Shown one piece after another: positions 28,358 through 36,436 of a DNA stretch of 42,792 nt. The notes beneath the pieces are model-generated. The model saw only the letters and a program-made list of their open reading frames with translations, made no database searches and was not told the DNA's origin. The position numbers and the translations under genes were made by a program. The stretch covers positions 29,852-72,643 of the forward strand of contig DBRL01000017.1 of NCBI GenBank assembly GCA_002305925.1, written 5' to 3'. The first letter of the stretch is position 1; each line of letters begins with the position of its first letter. The stretch comes from Candidatus Peregrinibacteria bacterium UBA1369 (GTDB lineage: Bacteria > Patescibacteriota > Gracilibacteria > UBA1369).

Positions 28358-29105
28358 GTAAAATTCCGGTAATGAAGCTGAATGATATCAGACAGAGCAC
28401 CAGTGTGGCAATGATGCCCGGATACTCTGCGTTGAAACCGCTGACTGCCAGGTGCTTATAGAGTATTCCCAGATAGGCCCAAATCAGTACCATGCTGTAG
28501 GCGACACATTTGTCCTTCAGGCTGCGGGCGATGCCGATGGCCGCTCCGACCAGCAGGATAATCATGGTCCAGATTTCCGGGGCCATGCCGAAGCCGTCCC
28601 ATTTCAGGCTGACCAGAAACACAGTGACATTGGCAATCGCCGCTACGGTAATCCAGCCGAAATAAATGCTGAAAGGCACTTTGACCAGCAGCTTTTTCAG
28701 CGGAGAAAATTTGCCGCTGCGCAGGAGGTCGGCGATTTTGATCAGCAGCACCAGCAGGATGACCATGATCACCACCGACACACCGATATAGTCATAATGC
28801 CACGCAATAATCCAGGCGATATTGGCCAGCGAGGTGGCAATAAAGAGGGGATTGATTTTTCCGATCAGTGTCTCGGTTTTTTTGTCCTTCTTGAGGAACT
28901 GGTAGACCACATAAATACCCAGCAGCAGGTAGATCAGTCCCCAGATGGAGAAAGTCAGGCCGGCCGGCGCGAAAAGGTTAACGTAGGCGTCCGAGATTTG
29001 TCCGGTGCCGCGGTTGTTGATTGGCAGGGCGTTGGCCAGGTAGTTGACCGCAATCATGGCGGCATAGGCGACGGCCGTGAGAATTTTGATTAATGTATTT
29101 TTCAT
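28332..29105 (-). CDS. Tryptophan-rich sensory (TspO-like) membrane protein
   Basis: NYLANALP, PAGLTFSIWGLIY, FSIYFGWITVA. Confidence 0.75.
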   Translation of the reverse strand: MKNTLIKILTAVAYAAMIAVNYLANALPINNRGTGQISDAYVNLFAPAGLTFSIWGLIYLLLGIYVVYQFLKKDKKTETLIGKINPLFIATSLANIAWIIAWHYDYIGVSVVIMVILLVLLIKIADLLRSGKFSPLKKLLVKVPFSIYFGWITVAAIANVTVFLVSLKWDGFGMAPEIWTMIILLVGAAIGIARSLKDKCVAYSMVLIWAYLGILYKHLAVSGFNAEYPGIIATLVLCLISFSFITGILHEKNSGQN

Positions 29106-29128
29106 GAATTAATTATCAGTATCAATGG

Positions 29129-30637
29129 TTATTTTTGTGCACTCCAGCTGTAAGTGGCAAAGGTGACGCCCATCATGGAAAAGTGCATATTTCCGCTAAT
29201 TGTAGTTTGGCTGCCGTTACTGGTTGCTTTGCCCTCGAACGAGCAATTAATCACCGCGCCGCCTTCTTTCATGGTGACGTTGAATTCTACTTTGTTGCCG
29301 GCGTAAAAAGCTTCGCCGTCAAAACCGTTTACGTTGACCGTGCCTGTACCACCCTCGTTTAGCTGCAATGTTACCGGCAGACTGTCGGGAGACTCCACAT
29401 CTTCTTCGATATGCTGCAGTGTGGCGCTCCCGCTATAAGTACCGGCCATGGTCTGTCCTCTAACGGGGCCTGCCGTGGTGGTTTCCGGTGTTTGCCCTTC
29501 TTCCTGCTGCGCCTGCTCTGCTTCCGGCGTTTCCTTTTCTTCAACGATTTGTTCTTTTGGTGCCGTGCTGACGGTTGTGACCGATAAAAATTTCTTTACT
29601 TCCTCCGGGGTCATCGGCTCCTGCTTTTTGTTGATGCTTTTCAGCCATTCTTCCACTTCGGCCATTTCCATTTCCGCTACTGTCGCCGTTCCCGGATACT
29701 TGGTATTTTTGATCACCTGGAAGGAGGGATGTGATTCGAAATTTTTCAGGTCTATACCGACAACTTTTCCTTCCTGTGCCGCTTCCCTGAATTGTTCCAG
29801 CCCGATCATTACCGCGTCGATTTTTCCGAAGGTGGAGCCGAGGTTGGCCGGAATGTTGGTGATGGTCAAAACGGTGGCGACGGGTTCGGTGACGGTTCTA
29901 ATGTCTTTGACGATGGATGACACCTTGTTCTTGTCTCCAAAAGCAATCTGCGCACTGTCTTCGGTGATTTCCAAAGCCAGGTCGGCTCCGGCCACCACCA
30001 CCGCGGTTTTTGTCACAACACCGGCGGCGGCAAATCCGGCCGCGCCTCCCGTCAACACCACTCCGCCCACGAAACCGGCCACTTTGCAGCCGTCCTTAAC
30101 TACTATGGCCGTATTCTCCAATTTCTGAAATGAATCTCCCTCCTCGGAGAACACCCCGGAACTAATTTCACCCTGGGCCTGATCCAGGATTATCTGGGCC
30201 CTTTTGGCGTCCACGCCGAGATGTTTGGCCAAAGTCGCGATCCCCTTGAACTTGGGGGCTTTGTCATAAATGTCCGAGATTTCTTTGGCGGAATAGGCGT
30301 GGGCTTTTTCGATAATCCGAAAGCCGACTGTCGATTGATCCGCTATTTCCAGTGCGGCTTTTTCCAGTTGTTCTGATTGTTCCGCCAGTTCTTCCCAGCC
30401 GTCGATGATCCGGGTCATCTCGGCGTTCCAGGATTCGTAATCGGGATAATATTTGGCGTTGACCAAAACATCATCCGTTCGCAGGCGCAGCGCGAGGTAT
30501 TCTTTGGATATCGCCAGCGTTTCTTCCAGGACAATTTCTTCTCCGGTCAGATTCGCCGCTCTGTTGTTTAAGAAATAATAGGCCCCCGCTGCTACCACAA
30601 GCGCCGCCAGGGTCAGGGCAAAGATTGTTTTTTTCAT
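29129..30637 (-). CDS. Hypothetical secreted or membrane-anchored protein
   Basis: N-terminal hydrophobic anchor, helical body, Gly/Ala-rich hydrophobic hairpin, acidic linker and beta-rich C-terminal domain. Confidence 0.8.
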   Translation of the reverse strand: MKKTIFALTLAALVVAAGAYYFLNNRAANLTGEEIVLEETLAISKEYLALRLRTDDVLVNAKYYPDYESWNAEMTRIIDGWEELAEQSEQLEKAALEIADQSTVGFRIIEKAHAYSAKEISDIYDKAPKFKGIATLAKHLGVDAKRAQIILDQAQGEISSGVFSEEGDSFQKLENTAIVVKDGCKVAGFVGGVVLTGGAAGFAAAGVVTKTAVVVAGADLALEITEDSAQIAFGDKNKVSSIVKDIRTVTEPVATVLTITNIPANLGSTFGKIDAVMIGLEQFREAAQEGKVVGIDLKNFESHPSFQVIKNTKYPGTATVAEMEMAEVEEWLKSINKKQEPMTPEEVKKFLSVTTVSTAPKEQIVEEKETPEAEQAQQEEGQTPETTTAGPVRGQTMAGTYSGSATLQHIEEDVESPDSLPVTLQLNEGGTGTVNVNGFDGEAFYAGNKVEFNVTMKEGGAVINCSFEGKATSNGSQTTISGNMHFSMMGVTFATYSWSAQK

Positions 30638-30770
30638 GCCGGTTGCGATTATTTGTTTTTGTCCCGACGATGATATCGCGAATTGCTGATTATAGTAAAG
30701 GTGATGCGCACTGTAAACCAGTTGAGTTTTATGTTAAAATAATCTGATTATTATTTGTTTAATTGATAAA

Positions 30771-31049
30771 ATGGGATTAGCCGAATGGTTTGCTCGTAAA
30801 ACTAAGGTTGAGGGCAAACAGGATGGTAATAATAGTCCGGAAGGGCGTTTTGAAATCGGCGATGGGGCAGTTTCAGGTGTAAGGAATTTGCCGAGGAGTG
30901 TGCGTCCATACCGTGATGCCCCTTTGACGACATCTGATCTGACGCGTGCGGATCTGGAAAGAGTTTTAAATGGTTTGATGGAGAAGGGCATGGTTTCTAC
31001 TTTTAATTGCGGTTTCAGCAGGGGTTTTCGCTGCTCGCTAAGGGTCTGA
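30771..31049 (+). CDS. Hypothetical protein or gene fragment
   Basis: 92-aa ATG ORF, no motif. Confidence 0.4.
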   Translation: MGLAEWFARKTKVEGKQDGNNSPEGRFEIGDGAVSGVRNLPRSVRPYRDAPLTTSDLTRADLERVLNGLMEKGMVSTFNCGFSRGFRCSLRV

Positions 31050-31077
31050 GGGGGGTAGTAATTTTTTTCTAAACTTA

Positions 31078-31359
31078 TTATTTCCGCTTTTTATTTTTCA
31101 GGTTTTGCCAGACAGATTTTAAAAAGGGCAATGAAAGTGTCGATAAGATGAATCCAAGTGTGGGAACAATTGCGTTAACAAAAGGATTTGGCAGGGCGGC
31201 ACTGAAGAAAAAAAGTACGATTACTATGTATGTCAGGAAAGCAATGATTATTTTCCTTGAGAGGCTTGTCTCCCAAGCTTTATCCGCTTCAACTCTTTCA
31301 TTGCGTCTTTTGATTGCTTCGATTTCCTTTATTAATTCTTCCGTTGTGGTCATATTCAA
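31078..31359 (-). CDS. Small membrane protein, putative cassette 3 (ATG probably 31353)
   Basis: RNERVEADKAWETS followed by two TM segments. Confidence 0.8.
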   Translation of the reverse strand: MNMTTTEELIKEIEAIKRRNERVEADKAWETSLSRKIIIAFLTYIVIVLFFFSAALPNPFVNAIVPTLGFILSTLSLPFLKSVWQNLKNKKRK

Positions 31360-31455
31360 TTAAATTTTTAGCTAAATCTGGAACTTTTTCCCATAACAAT
31401 TATTGTTAAAGAGGAAGTATGTTAACACAAAATGGAAAAAAAGAAATGATTTTTT

Positions 31456-31513
31456 CATATAACGTTCGCGTGTATGCGATGTGCGTCAGTATGTAGTATA
31501 CACGCTGTTAATG
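31456..31513 (-). other. attC-like recombination site (end of cassette 2)
   Basis: Minus strand: CATTAAC-A-GCGTGTATAC-N18-GCATACACGC-GAAC-GTTATATG, 20 bp after the cassette-2 stop codon. Confidence 0.75.
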
Positions 31514-31533
31514 ATGTATTATTTCAATTAATT

Positions 31534-32130
31534 TTACATCTCTAATTTTACGAGACCTTCTTTGTCGGCGGTTTTCAGATAACCAATGTATTTATCCAGT
31601 ACAGGGGTTTTAAAAGACAAAGGGGTTTCCGGTTCTGAAAAAGTAATCGTTGTTTTATAGAGCTTGTCGCTGATTTGTTTTTTAGCGATACTCTTGTCGA
31701 TATCACCTGAAAGGATGATTTTTTCGAGCTTAATTGAAGAATCTAAAATATTTTGGTCAAAAATTTCGAAGTTTTTAACAAGCACAACCCTTTCGGATAA
31801 ATCGGGCAAGGTTTTTAATGCTTCCACGTATAAATCGCCATCGCCACTTTTTAAAATAATAGCTTGATAATTCTGTGCCTCGGTCAACATCTCTTTATGC
31901 TCTGCAAAAAATATTTTAGATTCCATTCCTTTGGTCTGCTCGAAAAAATTATCCTTGGCCATTGGATAAGCAGTAACGAATAATATTTTGGAGCCTTGCA
32001 GAAACAAATCAGCAACAAGGGTTACCGTTAACTGCGAACCGCCCTGTTTTTCTTTGTAATGCACGAGACAAGGAAGGCCGTCCTCGCCAAGATGAAATCC
32101 TTCGTCGTTTAGTAGAATTTTGTAAGCCAC
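31534..32130 (-). CDS. Hypothetical protein, possibly a degenerate P-loop fold (cassette 2); GTG start 32130 or ATG 32163
   Basis: PCLVHYKEKQGGSQLTVTL...ILFVTA resembles a decayed Walker A region; lies between two attC-like sites. Confidence 0.75.
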   Translation of the reverse strand: MAYKILLNDEGFHLGEDGLPCLVHYKEKQGGSQLTVTLVADLFLQGSKILFVTAYPMAKDNFFEQTKGMESKIFFAEHKEMLTEAQNYQAIILKSGDGDLYVEALKTLPDLSERVVLVKNFEIFDQNILDSSIKLEKIILSGDIDKSIAKKQISDKLYKTTITFSEPETPLSFKTPVLDKYIGYLKTADKEGLVKLEM

Positions 32131-32153
32131 AAAATTTGATTGAAATAATATTT

Positions 32154-32251
32154 CATATAACATCTGGGATAAAAGAAGTTTTCGGAGTGAAACGGAGAAA
32201 ATTTGGGAAAATTGCGAGCCGAGCAATTTTCCTTTTATCCCTTGTTATATG
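32154..32251 (-). other. attC-like recombination site (end of cassette 1)
   Basis: Minus strand: CATATAAC-AA-GGGATAAAAG...CTTTTATCCC-AGAT-GTTATATG, with an inner hairpin GAAAATTGC...GCAATTTTC. Confidence 0.8.
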
Positions 32252-32307
32252 ACCCGAACGAAACGAAGTGTAGTGAGAGCGCAGCGTGGTGCGGAGTGAA
32301 ACGGAGC

Positions 32308-32324
32308 AAGTTGGTTTATCTGGC
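32308..32324. repeat. Inverted repeat, left arm (pairs with 33146-33162)
   Basis: AAGTTGGTTTATCTGGC versus reverse complement AAATTGGTTTATCTGGC: 16/17 match, 14 bp perfect. Confidence 0.85.
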
Positions 32325-32332
32325 GTCCAACA

Positions 32333-33106
32333 CTATTGAGCAGGACTTTTGATTTTCCAGCCATCAATATTGAATCCACCCATTTTATCAAGAACATGAT
32401 TTGTTAATTTTTGATACTCTTTTATCATTTTAGATTTATCTTTAATATTGATGGCGTTCACATACATTTTTACAAATTCATCGTCTGGGAAATTGCTTAC
32501 ATGATATTTTTTCTTGTCTTTTTCATTTACAAGAAAACGTCTTAATTTATGTACAGGCATAGAATCAAATTGCAAAAATTTCGCATAAGTTTCAAACAAA
32601 TCATTTAAGTCATTATAGAAAACAAAAAAGAATTCTTCACTATCTGATTCAAAAACTTCTTCTAAATTATCGAGCATATCCCAAATATGATATTTTGCCA
32701 ATTCAATTTGAATTTTGTTTTGCTTAGGATATTTTTTGACAAGATATTTTCTAGAATCTTTTATTAATTGCTTTAACTCTCCTGTCTTGTCAAAAAGCAC
32801 TTTTCCTGTGCAAAACATATGAGCATTAATTCTTCTTCTTTGCTTATAATCCTCTTCAGCATATTCATAATGCTTTTTTGCGGGATTGGCAAAATATTCA
32901 ATCAAAATTCCATCGATAATTTCATTACCTCTTTCCCTCCAAGAAGTTTTTGAATCTAAAATAATATGAATATCAATATCCGAATGTTTGCTGGGATTTC
33001 CTGTAATAAAACTTCCGCAAACAATCGCACCTGTTACTTCTTTTTTGTTTTCCCACTTTTTAAGAAATTTTTGCAAAGCAATTTCCCATTTTTCCATCTT
33101 AATCAT
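32333..33106 (-). CDS. Pol-beta-like nucleotidyltransferase with helical C-terminal domain (cassette 1); start may be 33097
   Basis: CGSFITGNPSKHSDIDIHII...IEYF; strongly AT-rich. Confidence 0.88.
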   Translation of the reverse strand: MIKMEKWEIALQKFLKKWENKKEVTGAIVCGSFITGNPSKHSDIDIHIILDSKTSWRERGNEIIDGILIEYFANPAKKHYEYAEEDYKQRRRINAHMFCTGKVLFDKTGELKQLIKDSRKYLVKKYPKQNKIQIELAKYHIWDMLDNLEEVFESDSEEFFFVFYNDLNDLFETYAKFLQFDSMPVHKLRRFLVNEKDKKKYHVSNFPDDEFVKMYVNAINIKDKSKMIKEYQKLTNHVLDKMGGFNIDGWKIKSPAQ

Positions 33107-33145
33107 AAGTCCTGCTTTTAAATATATAAATGTTTTTACGCATTA

Positions 33146-33162
33146 GCCAGATAAACCAATTT
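33146..33162. repeat. Inverted repeat, right arm
   Basis: GCCAGATAAACCAATTT. Confidence 0.85.
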
Positions 33163-33184
33163 CATATAACTCCCCGCAGGGGAG
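33160..33184 (-). other. attI-like site
   Basis: Third GTTATATGAAA core without the attC arms, preceded by a small hairpin CTCCCC-TGC-GGGGAG; about 350 bp upstream of the recombinase start. Confidence 0.6.
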
Positions 33185-33213
33185 GTGTTTGTGGGATAGA
33201 GAGGGCTGTGGCT

Positions 33214-33242
33214 ATTCTAGGCGAAATGTGTGTGGAGGGGAA
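33214..33242 (-). promoter_or_regulatory. Possible cassette promoter (Pc-like)
   Basis: Minus strand TTCCCC-N17-TAGAAT pointing into the array; the -35 is weak. Confidence 0.3.
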
Positions 33243-33522
33243 GAGGAGGCGGGGAGTTGGTGGGATTTGAGGGGAGGGAAGATGGTGGCGATTGAGGTTA
33301 GGTGAGCTTTGGCTGGGTATGGTGGGGGGCGGTGACATGGGATACGCTCAGGTTGGGCATGGTGGGAGAGGCGAGACAAGCCCAGGTTAGGCCTGGTGGG
33401 ATTCGGCTTGGCTTGGATCGTTCGCTCTGGTCATGGTAGGTAGGGGGCATGATGCAAAGTAGGTTTTTTCAGGTTCTGTTCAGAAACGACCTGTAGGCTT
33501 TGGCTGTGCTTATTTGTATTTC

Positions 33523-34341
33523 ATGCATATACCGATTTATTTAAAGAAGGCATCGGATGAGATCAGGCTGCGTGGTTACAGCGACAAGACGCTTAAGTCC
33601 TACACCGCCTGTCTGCGCGATTATCTGGAAAGTGTGCCTCACGCCATTAATTGGGCCAATGAACGGGCTATCAAGTCCTATCTTTTGGCCAAGCACGATC
33701 AGGGCTATTCGCCCCAGACCGTCAATCTCTATCTCAACGCCATCAAGTTTTTTTACCGTTATGTGGTGATGCGGAAATTTCCCTCAGGCATTGCTTTTGC
33801 CAAGAAAACGCAGAAAATTCCCGTCGTTTTTGAGCACGCGGAAATTATTATCCTGCTGCGCAATATCAAGAACCTCAAGCATCAGTTGATGATTTCCCTG
33901 GCCTATGGCGCCGGTCTGCGGGTTAGCGAACTGGTCAGTCTCAAGTTGCGCGATATAGACTTTAATTCGAAAACAATTCGTATAACCAGGGGAAAAGGTG
34001 GGAAACAGCGAAATACTTTGTTGCCAGAAAAGCTGATAGTTCATCTAAAAAGATATTGCCTTGGAAAATCCTATGGGGACCTGGTCTTTGAAAGCGAAAG
34101 AGGTGGCAAAATGACAACGCGGACGGCGCAAATGGTCTTTGCCAGAGCGCTAAAGCGGTCGGGGATTGCCAAGCCGGCGAGTCTTCATTCTCTGCGGCAC
34201 AGTTTTGCCACGCATCTTTTGCAGTCCGGGGTCAGTATTCGTTATGTGCAGGAGTTGTTGGGGCACAGCAGCATCAAAACCACCCAGCTTTATACCAAAG
34301 TACATGCGGCTGACCTGGTCAGTATCAAAAGCCCTTTGTAG
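33523..34341 (+). CDS. Integron-integrase-like tyrosine recombinase, short form
   Basis: N-terminal SAM-like domain (RGYSDKTLKSY, NAIKFFY), GLRVSE, GKGGK, HSLRHSFATH, LLGH, TQLYT and the IntI-like KSPL tail; no insertion after patch III. Confidence 0.92.
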   Translation: MHIPIYLKKASDEIRLRGYSDKTLKSYTACLRDYLESVPHAINWANERAIKSYLLAKHDQGYSPQTVNLYLNAIKFFYRYVVMRKFPSGIAFAKKTQKIPVVFEHAEIIILLRNIKNLKHQLMISLAYGAGLRVSELVSLKLRDIDFNSKTIRITRGKGGKQRNTLLPEKLIVHLKRYCLGKSYGDLVFESERGGKMTTRTAQMVFARALKRSGIAKPASLHSLRHSFATHLLQSGVSIRYVQELLGHSSIKTTQLYTKVHAADLVSIKSPL

Positions 34342-35521
34342 AATTGGCCGAGTTGATGCCGGGTGAAGTCGGATATTGATACAGATAGCACTTGATGTTC
34401 CCGTTGAAGAGCTTGCGGTTTTTGGCGGCGCGGGCGCCGAAGAGCAGTTCGAAGTGGGTGTCGGGAGTGATGATATAGAGCGAGCTGTCGCTGGTCTGGC
34501 GGAATTTTTCGCCCAGGTCGCGGTAGATGGCGGCGGCTTCCTCGGCGGTGGCCAGGCGTTCGCCGTAGGGCGGATTGGTGATGATGGTGACATTTTCCAT
34601 GCGCGCGAAGTCCAGTGTGCGGAAGTCATTTTTGGCGAAATGCAAAACCTTTTCCAGACCGGCGCGGGTGGAATTGGCCTGGGCGATTTTTACCGAGAGC
34701 GCGTCAATGTCATAGCCGTAAATCTGCAGCCGTGGGGTGGGGGCAGAGGAGTCAGGGGTGTCGAGCAAACTTTGGCTGGCGGCTTGATAGCGCAGGGCGC
34801 GCAGATCCAGCGCCTGGTACTCCGGCCAGCTGTCGAAGGCAAATTGGCGGTTCACCCCCGGGGCGATATTGAGCGCGATCATGGCGGCTTCGATCAGGAT
34901 GGTGCCGCTGCCGCAAAAGGGGTCGATCAGGGTGCGGGGTTTGGCGTCTTGTGCTGTTGGCAGCCAATCGGAGAGCAAAACCATGGCTGCGGCCAGGGTT
35001 TCTTTGATTGGGGCCTGGTTTGATTCGGTGCGGTAGCCGCGTTTGTGCAGGCTTTCGCCGCTCGAGTCCAGGCTGAGCGTGCAGATGTCGTTGTGGAAGC
35101 GGGTCATGATCGAGTAGGTCGGGCCGGTTTCGGGGATTTGTGCCTGGCCGGGATGGCGGGGCTGCAGTTTTTTGACGATGCTTTTTTTGACGATGCTCTG
35201 TATGGCCGGTTCATTGTGCAGCGCGCTTCTGGTGGTGGTGCAGAGGACGGGGAAGGAGGCGCCGGGGGGGAGAATTCCAGGCCAGTTCAGGGCATTGGAC
35301 TGGTCGAAAAGTTCGTCAAAGGTCCGGGCGGGGAATTCGGCCAGGCGGATGTGGACGCGGTCGGCGGTGCGCAGCCAGAGATTGGCGCGGACCAGATCGG
35401 CCGCCTCACCCTGAAAGGTCACCCGCCCGTCCTCGGTTTTGTCCACCCAGAGGCCCAGCCGTTTGATTTCCTGATAGACCAGTTTTTCCAGTCCAAAGGC
35501 GCAGGTGGCGATCAGTTGCAT
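34325..35521 (-). CDS. THUMP-domain class I RNA methyltransferase (RlmL/YpsC-like)
   Basis: ATCAFGLE, NLWLRTADR, LHKRGYR, APIKETLAA, DPFCGSGT, TNPPYGER. Confidence 0.93.
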   Translation of the reverse strand: MQLIATCAFGLEKLVYQEIKRLGLWVDKTEDGRVTFQGEAADLVRANLWLRTADRVHIRLAEFPARTFDELFDQSNALNWPGILPPGASFPVLCTTTRSALHNEPAIQSIVKKSIVKKLQPRHPGQAQIPETGPTYSIMTRFHNDICTLSLDSSGESLHKRGYRTESNQAPIKETLAAAMVLLSDWLPTAQDAKPRTLIDPFCGSGTILIEAAMIALNIAPGVNRQFAFDSWPEYQALDLRALRYQAASQSLLDTPDSSAPTPRLQIYGYDIDALSVKIAQANSTRAGLEKVLHFAKNDFRTLDFARMENVTIITNPPYGERLATAEEAAAIYRDLGEKFRQTSDSSLYIITPDTHFELLFGARAAKNRKLFNGNIKCYLYQYPTSPGINSANSTKGF

Positions 35522-35530
35522 GGGAAAGGG
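35497..35530. repeat. 34-bp direct repeat, left copy (covers the THUMP gene start)
   Basis: AGGCGCAGGTGGCGATCAGTTGCATGGGAAAGGG, identical to 38966-38999. Confidence 0.95.
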
Positions 35531-35590
35531 GATTGTTTAGGCAGGCCGGGGTGCCCGAAATTACTGTTATGGTGTCAGAACTTGCGAGGA

Positions 35591-35619
35591 TTGGCAAGGC
35601 GAGAGGGGATATGTATGAT
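35591..35619 (+). promoter_or_regulatory. Candidate promoter of the islet operon
   Basis: TTGGCA-N17-TATGAT, 28 bp before ATG 35648. Confidence 0.5.
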
Positions 35620-35647
35620 GCTGGTGTTTATTAGTTAAGGTCTTTAT

Positions 35648-36436
35648 ATGATGGTTCAGCTCTTTTTGCAAAATGATCTAGCGGCTCATCTCTACTATTC
35701 ATCGGAAGCGAGCACAGATGATTCTTCAATTTTAGTTGATAATTTGGTCATATTTTTCCCCGGACTGCCACAATTTGTTGATAAACGGTTTTTTCAGGAT
35801 AAAGTACTAAAGAACACGGCTTATTTGTCAGTTTACTATTATGGCACTTGGTTAAGCGGTGAGACGTTTACGCCGGATACAGCTAGAAAGACAGTGAAAG
35901 ACGCTATTGAGTTTGCCAGGGGAGGGAGGGGCCTTGCTACTTATAATTCAAAGTCATTTCATTGGAAATATAGAAAATTGCAGGTGTTGGGTTGCAGTTT
36001 TGCCGGAAATTCTATTATTACTTCTGGTATCAGTAAGGCTGATGTTGCCGGTATTGAATTATATAATCCGCTTATTTACCTGGAAAATGGGGACAAAAGT
36101 CAGCTTCCGGCGTTTGATGGGGAGGCCTTTGATAATTTGAATAGGCAGTTTCTCCAATTTATGAGAAATGGTTATTGTAACGTTTTACGTGGTATCGATT
36201 CTGAAGTTTGGAATAATTATTTTTTTGGAAAAGACCCTGCTTCCAAAATAATGATTAGTGGTGATTTGCCACAAATAAAAATTTATCAAGGGCTCGATGA
36301 CACTACGTTGAATCCGGCTTGGTCTAAATATTTCTGTGAGAGTAATAAATCGATTTGTGAGTATGTGGGAGTCGAAGGTGTGGGGCATGATTTTGTGAGT
36401 GCTTATAATATTATTAATAGAAATGGGAACAATTAA
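35648..36436 (+). CDS. Alpha/beta hydrolase-fold protein
   Basis: VIFFPGLP oxyanion strand, GCSFAG nucleophile elbow, QGLDDT (Asp), GVGHDF (His). Confidence 0.75.
   Translation: MMVQLFLQNDLAAHLYYSSEASTDDSSILVDNLVIFFPGLPQFVDKRFFQDKVLKNTAYLSVYYYGTWLSGETFTPDTARKTVKDAIEFARGGRGLATYNSKSFHWKYRKLQVLGCSFAGNSIITSGISKADVAGIELYNPLIYLENGDKSQLPAFDGEAFDNLNRQFLQFMRNGYCNVLRGIDSEVWNNYFFGKDPASKIMISGDLPQIKIYQGLDDTTLNPAWSKYFCESNKSICEYVGVEGVGHDFVSAYNIINRNGNN

Larger units (their letters stand above)
31078..34341. mobile_element. Integron-like locus: short tyrosine recombinase, attI-like site and 2-3 gene cassettes
   Basis: Recombinase divergent from AT-rich co-oriented genes; TTTCATATAAC at 31453, 32151 and 33160; two attC-like hairpins. 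Confidence 0.8.

Noticed and set aside
25042-31049. Co-oriented minus-strand genes as further cassettes
   Set aside because: No TAAC...GTTA hairpins in the intergenic gaps, and several genes overlap like an operon.
32131-32226. N-terminal extension of the 230-aa ORF from TTG 32226
   Set aside because: It runs through the attC-like hairpin; GTG 32130 is more plausible.
31453-33170. Three identical 11-mers as a CRISPR or other spacer array
   Set aside because: Too short and spaced 700-1000 bp apart with whole genes between them; no cas genes. Better explained as recombination cores.
33474-33485. TTCTG-TT-CAGAA upstream of the integrase as an SOS box
   Set aside because: Only 5-bp arms and no match to a LexA consensus I can name with confidence.
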